This document shows, one piece after another, positions 8,350 through 15,857 of a stretch of DNA of 32,000 nucleotides (positions are counted from its first letter, which is position 1; the number at the start of each line of letters is the position of its first letter). The stretch spans positions 36,310 to 68,309 of the forward strand of contig JBHLOC010000018.1 in NCBI GenBank assembly GCA_048940925.1, in the 5' to 3' direction. The stretch is from Promethearchaeota archaeon (GTDB lineage Archaea > Asgardarchaeota > Lokiarchaeia > Sigyniarchaeales > SOKP01). Both the position numbers and the translations under genes were made by a program. The notes beneath the pieces are model-generated. The model worked only from the letters and a program-made list of their open reading frames with translations. It was not told the origin of the DNA and ran no database searches.

Positions 8350-9939
8350 TTATTTATGGTTGATTTGTTCCCCATATCCTATTAGTCGATAACGCCTATT
8401 AATTATACGAGAAATAGCATATATGAAATCTTCAGGGGGACAAATAGGAGGTGTAAGTTTTATAATAACACTATTTTTTAAAATTTTCGTAACAGTCCCA
8501 CCTGTTTTTTCCGTTCCTACTACAAGTAATAATTTCTCTCCATGTTTGAGAGGTTGAACTTTCATTTGAACTTCAGATCCAATAACTCTATCTAAAAGAT
8601 TTACATTCAGCTCAACTTCGCTAAGAATTTTAGGTAATGTTCCTATTTTTCCAACTAAATGGCCAATTAGATGATCTCCTTTTGTTAACGCGGGATCTAA
8701 TTTTGTACCTAACCCTATGAGACCTCCAGGTTTAGCATTTTCCAAAGGATTATTTCCTTGGCTTATACTTACAACCGTAGATTTTAATGGTACATACTGA
8801 TCTTTAACTCGTATCCCCGGGCTAATTTCGATTTGGTCTCCAACTATTATTTTTCCTTTTAAAACAGAGCCCCCTATTACACCACCTTTTAAATCCTTAA
8901 TTTCTTTACCTGGACGATTGATATCAAAGGATCTCGCAATTAAAAATTGAAATGACTCCTCCTCTTTAAATTTTGGAGTAGGAATAACCTCTTCAAAAGC
9001 TCTTATTACAAGATTTATATTCGCCCCAAAAACTGCCGATAAGGGTATAATTGGAGCATTTTCAGCAACAGTTCCTTTTATAAATTCTTTTATTTGTTGA
9101 AAGTTCTCTAAGGCTTGTTCTCGAGAAACAGCATCAATTTTATTTTGTAATATAATAATATTTTTTATGCCCGCAATATTTAAAGCCGCTAAGTGTTCCC
9201 GTGTTTGAGGTTGAGGGCATTGCTCATCAGCTGCAATTAAAAGGCAAGCCCCATTCATTAATGATGCACCACTTAACATAGTTGCCATTAATATCTCATG
9301 ACCAGGCGCATCAACAAATGAGATATTTCTTCTAAATTCTAGATTTCCTTTACATTTTGGGCAAGAGAATCGAGCTTGTCCTTTTTCTCTATCTTTTTCT
9401 GCAAGATAAGCCGTTGTATATTCATTACATTCGGAACAATAAAGAATTGAGGCATTAGAATACCCTAACTTTATTGAAATTCCTCTTTCTTGCTCTTCTG
9501 AGTGGCGATCAGTCCAATCTCCAGTTAGGGCTTTTACTAGGGTTGTCTATATGTTTCATGAAGGATTCCTTCAAAAAATTCCATGATCAACATGCCCTAC
9601 AAGCCCTATATTACATTCTGCTTGTTGTTTGATTAATTCTTTTATCTTCTTAGCTTTCTCTTTCGAAACTGGCTTTGCTTTAGGTTTAGATATCGTTTCT
9701 TCTTTAATTATTTCTTTCACTTCATCAGATTGTTCTATTTTTTGACTTTTCTTTAGAATTTTTTTAGCATTTGTAATATACTTCTCTGCTGTTGCTTTTC
9801 CAACACCTTTTATTTTTAGCTTTAATAAATCCTTGGGTTCAGCATTTGCAAGTTTTTCAACAGAATCAATATTAGCAGCCTTTAATCTTTCTGCTGTTGC
9901 TTTTCCAATTCCACTTACATCTTCCAATTTATATGACAT
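8350..9939 (-). CDS. eif2g: translation initiation factor aIF2 gamma with N-terminal (HhH)2 extension, interrupted in the P-loop by a 30-nt intervening sequence (exons 9939..9579 and 9548..8350)
   Basis: ORFs 9571..9939 and 8350..9288 are in the same frame, and 9289-9548 is open in that frame. Concatenated sequence: ...NIGLVGHVDHG[K]TTLVKALTGDWTDRHSEEQERGISIKLGY...CSEC...CPKC...FVDAPGHEILMATMLSGA...QNKID...RSFDINRPG. This is collinear with aIF2-gamma, including the zinc knuckle. Exon lengths of 361 + 1199 nt give 1560 nt, which is 520 codons including the stop. Confidence 0.85.
9549..9578 (-). other. candidate bulge-helix-bulge (BHB) intron in the aIF2-gamma mRNA
   Basis: Minus-strand sequence is GGAA|UUUUUUGAAGGAAUCCUUCAUGAAACAUAU|AGACA. 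It contains in-frame TGA, TGA and TAG. Removing it restores GGA AAG ACA (G-K-T). The structure has 3-nt bulges AAU/AUA, a central helix AUGG/ACAU and an internal hairpin UUUUUGAAGG-AAU-CCUUCAUGAA. Confidence 0.6.
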
Positions 9940-10068
9940 TATAGTTTTATTTTATATTATTTAGGTCCTATATATCTAGTTTCCTAAGAACAATTAAGCT
10001 AGTATTTTTTATTAAATTATTCAATATATTGACTACTTTAAAAAGAATTAACTTTAAGATCAATTAAA

Positions 10069-10293
10069 TTATTTTGTTTTAATTGTTTTAATCCCACCAG
10101 GTTTTTTTTCCATCTCTTTATAGGACACTCTTAAAAGGCTATCTACATAAAAAGTCGATAGTTTTTTACAGTGATTACACATAATATAGACAGGTGCTGG
10201 ATATTGAGTAGGATCTATATCATCCATCTCAATCTTAAATGTAATTTTAGCTTCACAGTGTGGACAAAAATTAAATCGGAGAGGCATATTCAT
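10069..10293 (-). CDS. small zinc-ribbon protein (CxxC...CxxC), function unknown
   Basis: 74-aa ORF with the Cys pairs CPHC and CNHC. Confidence 0.45.
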   Translation of the reverse strand: MNMPLRFNFCPHCEAKITFKIEMDDIDPTQYPAPVYIMCNHCKKLSTFYVDSLLRVSYKEMEKKPGGIKTIKTK

Positions 10294-10385
10294 TTAATTT
10301 AATTTTATAATAAATAGATTCTTATTTCTATTATATTTATTTTAATATAAAATTAATAGTAAAAATTACCTGTTACTGATTCTAA

Positions 10386-12512
10386 ATGGCTAAAGTATTA
10401 TTAAAAATAATTATTTGTTCATTTCTTATACTTCTGATTTCCTTTCCATTTTTAAACTTATTATTAGTTTATTATGTGGATAATTCAAATAATTTAGAGT
10501 TTCCAGGAACAGATATTGATCTTAGTAATAACTCTAAAGTCGATTTATCCTTATTACCAAAAATTGATTATGAAGTATTAAATAACCTTTGGTATAATCC
10601 AAAGATCGAAATGTTGATTATAACACCCAATAGATCCGATTTCATAAATACTATTAAACCATTGGCAGATTGGAAAAATGAAAAAGGTGTAAAGACGATT
10701 ATCTTAAGTAATTATTCATTATATAATGGTGTGGATGATGCTAATTCTATTAGAAATATGATAAAAACTTACTATGAAAAAGAAAATATTAAATGGGTTC
10801 TTTTAGCTGGTGATGCCCAAGATGATTTGATCCCTATTAGAAAGGTTTATAATCCCGATGTATTAAGATGGGGTGAGGGAGCTAAAGAATCGATTCCAGG
10901 TGATTATTATAAACCAACTGATTTTTATTATGCGGATCTCACAGGCAGTTGGGATAGTGATGGTGATGGAAACTGGGGAGAGGCTCCTCAAGATAATACT
11001 TATGGTTTAGATGAGATCTCATGGATTCCTGAAGTCTATGTTGGTCGCTTTCCAGCTGATACAGCTAATGAACTTGAAATTTTGGTAAACAAAACATTAA
11101 ATTATGAAGTGGATCCTAATATTGGTAATTGGATGAATAGAATGCTTTTAGCGGGCGGGATATCTAGTTATGTTCCCCAAGAATATGAAAGCCGCTTAAC
11201 AGATTACATTATCCAAAATTATGCTAAATCTGAAATGAATTATACTCATTTAGTAGAAGAAGATGGTAACCTTACACAATCAAGTCTCAAAAATTATTTT
11301 AATCAGGGATACTCAACAGTAATAATGGCAGGTCATGGAAGCCCTACAGCTTTCTATCGAAATCCTAGTCGAGTAGGTTATTCATCTTCAGATGCAAACT
11401 CAAGCTTGAATGCCTATATGCCGTCTTTAGTGTATCTCGATGCCTGTTCCACCTCTAGCTATGATTATAATGATAATAATTTAGGAGAAGTTTTAATAAA
11501 TAGATTAAATGGTGGTGCTATTGGTACAATTGGAGCCCTAAGATTTAGTTATTATTTCGAAAATGATGATAATCTTGAAAAATTAAATCGTGGGAATGCG
11601 AAATTATTTTGGGAAGAATTTTTTCTTAATAAAAAATTTCAACAAGGTAAAGCATTGTATGATTCTAAGGTTTCTTACATAAATAGTGATTATTATAAGA
11701 GAGGGGACGGATCTACTGATTATGATTTTGAACGTAAAAATATCTTAACTTATTGTCTTTTAGGTGATCCTGAAGTTGATATCTTTACTGATCAACCAAG
11801 AAAAGCATTAGATCCATTTAGTGAAGATATTTATGCAGGTCAATTAGTTAGTCTTGTTATTAAAGATAAATATAATCAGATAGTTCCAAATGCAAGAGTT
11901 CACTTTAAAACTGTAGATAACATATATTATACTGTATATGCGGATGCTAATGGAGTAGTAGAGTTTAGAGTTCCCGCACAAACCACTCAAATATATAATG
12001 TGACAATTACGGGACATAATTTGATACCTTCCAATTTTAGTTTTTTAACATTAAGAGATAATACAATGCCAGAATTAAGCAGTGTAGATATTGTTCCTCA
12101 AAACCCAAATACAGCAGATACTCTTTATTTCAATATCACAGCTTTTGATAATCTTTCGGGGTTAGAAAGTGTCTATCTATTCATTTCTAAAGATAATTTC
12201 AAACATTATTCCAATTATAGCGGGTCAAATGGAATCTTAGATAATGAACGCAGGTTTATGCTCGATATTGGTAAATTAAAACCTGGAAAATATTCGTACC
12301 TTATCACTTTAAGAGATTATGCTAATAATACAAAAATTTTTTATGATAACAGTTTTAAATTTACAATACCTAGACCTTTGATGGATTATATACTTCCTAT
12401 TTCTTTAATGATAATAATAGGAGCTGCAGGAATTTCAATTTTTATCTTTTATGAGGGATTCCTAACCTATTTCAAAAAAATAAGAAATTTTGAAAAAAAT
12501 TTATCATCATAG
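10386..12512 (+). CDS. peptidase C25 (gingipain-like, caspase-fold) family surface protein
   Basis: 708 aa with an N-terminal signal/anchor segment. C25-like layout: MLIITP..., WVLLAGDAQDDLIP, VYVGRFP. Candidate catalytic His is in MAGHGSP and Cys is in YLDACSTS. C-terminal Ig/CarboxypepD_reg-like repeats and a C-terminal TM (ILPISLMIIIGAAGISIFIF). Confidence 0.65.
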   Translation: MAKVLLKIIICSFLILLISFPFLNLLLVYYVDNSNNLEFPGTDIDLSNNSKVDLSLLPKIDYEVLNNLWYNPKIEMLIITPNRSDFINTIKPLADWKNEKGVKTIILSNYSLYNGVDDANSIRNMIKTYYEKENIKWVLLAGDAQDDLIPIRKVYNPDVLRWGEGAKESIPGDYYKPTDFYYADLTGSWDSDGDGNWGEAPQDNTYGLDEISWIPEVYVGRFPADTANELEILVNKTLNYEVDPNIGNWMNRMLLAGGISSYVPQEYESRLTDYIIQNYAKSEMNYTHLVEEDGNLTQSSLKNYFNQGYSTVIMAGHGSPTAFYRNPSRVGYSSSDANSSLNAYMPSLVYLDACSTSSYDYNDNNLGEVLINRLNGGAIGTIGALRFSYYFENDDNLEKLNRGNAKLFWEEFFLNKKFQQGKALYDSKVSYINSDYYKRGDGSTDYDFERKNILTYCLLGDPEVDIFTDQPRKALDPFSEDIYAGQLVSLVIKDKYNQIVPNARVHFKTVDNIYYTVYADANGVVEFRVPAQTTQIYNVTITGHNLIPSNFSFLTLRDNTMPELSSVDIVPQNPNTADTLYFNITAFDNLSGLESVYLFISKDNFKHYSNYSGSNGILDNERRFMLDIGKLKPGKYSYLITLRDYANNTKIFYDNSFKFTIPRPLMDYILPISLMIIIGAAGISIFIFYEGFLTYFKKIRNFEKNLSS

Positions 12513-12513
12513 T

Positions 12514-13071
12514 TTAGTGTTCTTGCTTTTCGATTTTATCTTTCTTCATTCTTAATAAGTATAAAATTGAACTCACACTCCCGAAAATACCTTGGATAAT
12601 TAAGGCTAAAGATATTAATAAAACAGCTAGTAAATCCTTAAAAACAAATAGAAATATAATAATAAAAATTCCAGCTACTGTAAATTTCAAAATAGAGGAA
12701 AGTTCGCTGAATACAATTTTCCAGCTTTTAGATTCCTTTACTCTCATTTCTAACTCTTCATGATATTTTTCTTCTCCAATTTCTTTTATATACCAGCTCC
12801 CTTCTATGTTATTTGCAAAAATTAAAATACTCCACCATAATATAAAGAAACTAAAATAAAAATCTAATGACCCTAATATTATAATAGGTATTTGCATTAG
12901 AATCATTCCTTTCCAACCTACACGTCTAGCTATTTTGTTTGTTTCTAATTTCAATTCTTTAGAAACATATCTAGTGCTAAGTATATCAAGTAATCTTCCT
13001 ATAAATGTTAAAAATGCATTTATCAAATATTGATACCAGTGTACATCACGTATAATTAATTGAAATATCAT
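12514..13071 (-). CDS. hypothetical integral membrane protein
   Basis: 185-aa ORF with about 4 hydrophobic helices. No recognisable motif. Confidence 0.45.
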   Translation of the reverse strand: MIFQLIIRDVHWYQYLINAFLTFIGRLLDILSTRYVSKELKLETNKIARRVGWKGMILMQIPIIILGSLDFYFSFFILWWSILIFANNIEGSWYIKEIGEEKYHEELEMRVKESKSWKIVFSELSSILKFTVAGIFIIIFLFVFKDLLAVLLISLALIIQGIFGSVSSILYLLRMKKDKIEKQEH

Positions 13072-13226
13072 ATTCTTCAGCTCTCCTTGCGATCTTCCTT
13101 TTGAATTTAATCTTTTTAATGAAAAACTTTTTTTATTACTCTTTATTCTTCTAACTACACTTTACCAAATAAGTAAAGATTTACATTGTAAATAATAGTA
13201 CTTATTAGATGGTAAAATGTGGTTTT

Positions 13227-13241
13227 ATAACCACATAAATA
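13227..13241 (+). repeat. 5' arm of a 15-bp perfect inverted repeat (processing stem) flanking the 5S rRNA unit
   Basis: ATAACCACATAAATA is the exact reverse complement of TATTTATGTGGTTAT at 13393-13407. Confidence 0.8.
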
Positions 13242-13254
13242 TATAGCATTTTGC

Positions 13255-13267
13255 TAAGCGCCGGATG
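13255..13267 (+). other. 5' half of the BHB-like processing motif (outer helix UAAGCG, central CCGG, bulge AUG)
   Basis: 13255-13260 pairs with 13389-13394. 13261-13264 pairs with 13382-13385. 13265-13267 is unpaired. Confidence 0.6.
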
Positions 13268-13387
13268 TTAAACTTATAAGTGTTGCAGGATAGTACTGCA
13301 GTTGCGATCTGTGGGAAACCTCAAACTGTGAGTTCGCTCACGGTCATGGCTTTAAAGGATAATACCCGGTCCCATCCGAACCCGGAA
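13267..13387 (+). rRNA. rrf: 5S rRNA, circularly permuted gene order (gamma domain - helix I closed by UUCG - helix II/III/loop C)
   Basis: 121 nt. Blocks present: ACCCGGUCCCAUCCGAACCCGGAA (13364-13387), GGUCAUGGC (13342-13350), GGAUAGUACUG...GGGAAACC (13288-13320) and the helix I hairpin CUGUGAG-UUCG-CUCACGG (13326-13343). Joining the ends gives the conserved CCCGGAA|GUUAAAC. Confidence 0.8.
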
Positions 13388-13394
13388 ACGCTTA
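13382..13394 (+). other. 3' half of the BHB-like processing motif (central CCGG, bulge AAA, outer helix CGCUUA)
   Basis: Complementarity as listed for 13255-13267. The AAA bulge is at 13386-13388. Confidence 0.6.
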
Positions 13395-13407
13395 TTTATG
13401 TGGTTAT
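13393..13407 (+). repeat. 3' arm of the 15-bp inverted repeat flanking the 5S rRNA unit
   Basis: TATTTATGTGGTTAT is the reverse complement of 13227-13241. Confidence 0.8.
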
Positions 13408-13503
13408 TAATGACATTAACCTTTTGTTTCTCTAAAAATAAATTTTTATACGATTAATTATAAATCTAATTAATATTTCATAATAAATTAGCTGAAAACA
13501 CAT

Positions 13504-14055
13504 ATGCCAAAAAAGTATATAGTTTTCTTTAAAACTATCGGTAGAAAATGGTTTCTATTTCTTATTATTATAATAATTATCGTGGCAATTTATAACCCCA
13601 TAGCTGCAATTTGGATGACTGGCATCACTTTAATATTATTCTTTTTATCTTATATTCCAGGAATATTATTTAAGAAGAAATTGCTCAAATTTATGAATAA
13701 ATTTTTTAAAATTGAAGATGAATTAATAGCTCGAACATTAAAGAAACCCTTGAAAAGAATTCAAGAATATATGTTTGATTTTTCTCAAAAACAAGATAAA
13801 AAGAAATGGTTGATTGTATTTCTAAATAAACAATATATATTTTACCATCAAAAAACCATTCAGGCATTTATGGATCTTTTCAAAAAAGGTTATAGTGAGA
13901 AAGAAATTCTTGATAATCTAACTGATTACAAAATCGACATTAGAGCTGAGGTTAAAGCAATAAAAGATACTTTAATTAAACTTAAAAGAATAAGTGAAAG
14001 AGAGATTTCTGTAAAAGAACGTTATGAAAAACAAAGATTTAAATCATCACTTTAG
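13504..14055 (+). CDS. hypothetical membrane protein (two N-terminal TM helices, Lys-rich cytoplasmic domain)
   Basis: 183-aa ORF with hydrophobic segments WFLFLIIIIIIVAIY and AIWMTGITLILFFLSYIPGI. Confidence 0.45.
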   Translation: MPKKYIVFFKTIGRKWFLFLIIIIIIVAIYNPIAAIWMTGITLILFFLSYIPGILFKKKLLKFMNKFFKIEDELIARTLKKPLKRIQEYMFDFSQKQDKKKWLIVFLNKQYIFYHQKTIQAFMDLFKKGYSEKEILDNLTDYKIDIRAEVKAIKDTLIKLKRISEREISVKERYEKQRFKSSL

Positions 14056-14090
14056 AAAAGAATTAATTATAAAAAAGAAAAAAATAATAT

Positions 14091-14384
14091 TTAATCTATA
14101 GCTCCGAATTTTAGATCAAAACTATAATATTTTCGAACTGGTTTTTTAACATTCCAAACACAATTTAAACCTTTCTCGAACTGAACAAGATCACCTTTCT
14201 TGAATTCTATTTTCTCTCCTGTATTTGGATCTGTTACTTCTACTTCTCCCTCAAGAACATAGCAAGTTTCAGTATCTCCATAAGACCAATCAAATTCACT
14301 TACTTCTTTACTCCACGTTCCCCAGGATTTAACATTTAATTTATCTAATTGCTCTTCGGACGGTACATTCTTTTTCATTTTCAT
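14091..14384 (-). CDS. cupin-fold protein (DUF861/cupin_3-like)
   Basis: 97 aa. W..W...F.W.Y...E.CYVLEG.V.V....G....F..GD...F..G....W.V...V.K.Y matches the remembered DUF861 pattern. Confidence 0.6.
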   Translation of the reverse strand: MKMKKNVPSEEQLDKLNVKSWGTWSKEVSEFDWSYGDTETCYVLEGEVEVTDPNTGEKIEFKKGDLVQFEKGLNCVWNVKKPVRKYYSFDLKFGAID

Positions 14385-14738
14385 TTTTAACGCACTTAAA
14401 ATAAAATTTCAATTATGTTTTATTAAATATTTTTTAAACAATGAATTGAGAGAAAATATTGTTCCTAGATTAATAAAATTTATTTTGAAAATCAATATTA
14501 ATGAATTATATTATCAAAAAAGAATAAAAAACAAAAAGAAAAAATTATTCTCATAAATATTAATTTAAGTTTAAAATTCTGATTAAGTAAACAATATTAA
14601 ATCAAAAAAAGATTATAATTATAACATAAAATTATTAATCTATTTTAAAAGCCTTTACATCTAATAATTAAGATAGCTCGGTCAAAAGTCAAAACAAGAT
14701 TAGAAGATTATCCAAAAAAATAAAATGAGATAATTTCC

Positions 14739-15260
14739 ATGCCTAAGAAATTTATACTCAAGATCCTTACAGCGGGAGAAGGGGGTGTTGGCAAAACTAC
14801 GCTCTTACATAGATACGTAGAAGGTAAATTCTCATCAGAAACGAAAATGACTATTGGAGTAGAGTTTTTTCTGAAAGAAGTCGAAATTGATCAAAAACAA
14901 TGCACCCTCCAACTCTGGGATTTTGGAGGACAAGAGAGATTTCGTTTTTTACTTGAAAGTTATGTATTAGGAGCGAAAGGTGCATTACTAATGTTCGATT
15001 TGACTAGGATCTCAAGCCTTGAAAATCTAAATCAATGGATAAGGATCGTTCGAAAGGGAGATCCAAACCTCCCAGTCCTCTTTCTTGGTACTAAATTGGA
15101 TTTGGAAAATGAGATTCAGGTTGATGATGATTATGCAAAATCTTTTTTAAATGAATTTAATTTAATGGGCTTTTTAAAAATCTCTTCAAAAACTGGTGAA
15201 AATGTTAGTGAGGCTTTTAGTATATTAACAAAAAAAATATTAGAGCGACAGACTTATTGA
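14739..15260 (+). CDS. Ras-superfamily small GTPase (Rab-like)
   Basis: 173 aa. G1 GEGGVGKT, G2 region MTIGVEF, G3 WDFGGQERF, G4 GTKLD, G5 SSKTGENV. Confidence 0.85.
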   Translation: MPKKFILKILTAGEGGVGKTTLLHRYVEGKFSSETKMTIGVEFFLKEVEIDQKQCTLQLWDFGGQERFRFLLESYVLGAKGALLMFDLTRISSLENLNQWIRIVRKGDPNLPVLFLGTKLDLENEIQVDDDYAKSFLNEFNLMGFLKISSKTGENVSEAFSILTKKILERQTY

Positions 15261-15263
15261 AAA

Positions 15264-15701
15264 TTGAGCCTCAATTTAATCATTATTGATTCTAATTTTA
15301 TTCTTCTTCCTTTTCAATTTAAAGTGGATTATTTACATGAAATAAGGCACATTATAGAGGGTAAACTTAAGTTCATTATATACCAACAAGTTTTGAATGA
15401 ACTTGAATCAAAGAAAAAAAGAGAATCTCGTGCTACTAAATTTATCAGGCTTCTTGAGTCAGGTTTATCATATTTAGACAAGCATAAAAGTGATTATGAT
15501 TTTAATTTTTTGGATGATGTTAAAAACTCTGATGAGACCACAGATGATTTTCTATTGAGAAAACTAACAGGCTTAAAAAAGGAAGGTAATATCCTTTATC
15601 TTGCTTCAAATGATTCAGAATTACGTAAAAAAGCAAGAGAACGAGAAATAAATACAATTTTCCTTAGGAAAAAAAAATATTTGTTTATAGAGAGAGTTTA
15701 A
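15264..15701 (+). CDS. PIN-domain nuclease, Fcf1/Utp24-like (COG1412-type)
   Basis: 145 aa. N-terminal IIIDSNFILLP, then VLNELE, DDFLL and the C-terminal LASNDSELRKKARE..INTIFLR, fitting the Fcf1-type PIN pattern. TTG start lies 3 nt after the stop of the upstream GTPase gene. Confidence 0.6.
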   Translation: MSLNLIIIDSNFILLPFQFKVDYLHEIRHIIEGKLKFIIYQQVLNELESKKKRESRATKFIRLLESGLSYLDKHKSDYDFNFLDDVKNSDETTDDFLLRKLTGLKKEGNILYLASNDSELRKKAREREINTIFLRKKKYLFIERV

Positions 15702-15857
15702 AAAATTATTAATAGGACTATAAAATCATATTATATATTAGAATATAAATTAGTAATTGCATTTAAAAGATTCAATAAAGAATTGTTATACTTTAGTTAT
15801 TCCAAGGTTTATCTAAAATCGAGATTTATCGCACAATTATAAATAGGAGGGAAAAGG

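Noticed and set aside
9549-9582. aIF2-gamma interruption as a frameshift pseudogene, or as translational bypassing (T4 gene 60-style hop from the GGA codon over a hairpin)
   Set aside because: Both halves are in the same frame, so it is not a frameshift. The rest of the gene is intact and highly conserved. Bypassing cannot recreate the missing Lys codon, because AAG is formed only by joining A9579 to AG 9548-9547. No matching GGA landing site sits in front of ACA. A simple inactivating insertion cannot be fully excluded without RNA data.
13217-13407. Inverted repeats read as the termini of a MITE or small transposon, or the island read as a degraded 5S pseudogene
   Set aside because: The enclosed 121 nt contains all 5S helices with intact pairing and a UUCG cap exactly where the termini would be. 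The repeats continue into a BHB-like fold whose cut sites restore the conserved junction. That is too ordered for a random fragment or a MITE.
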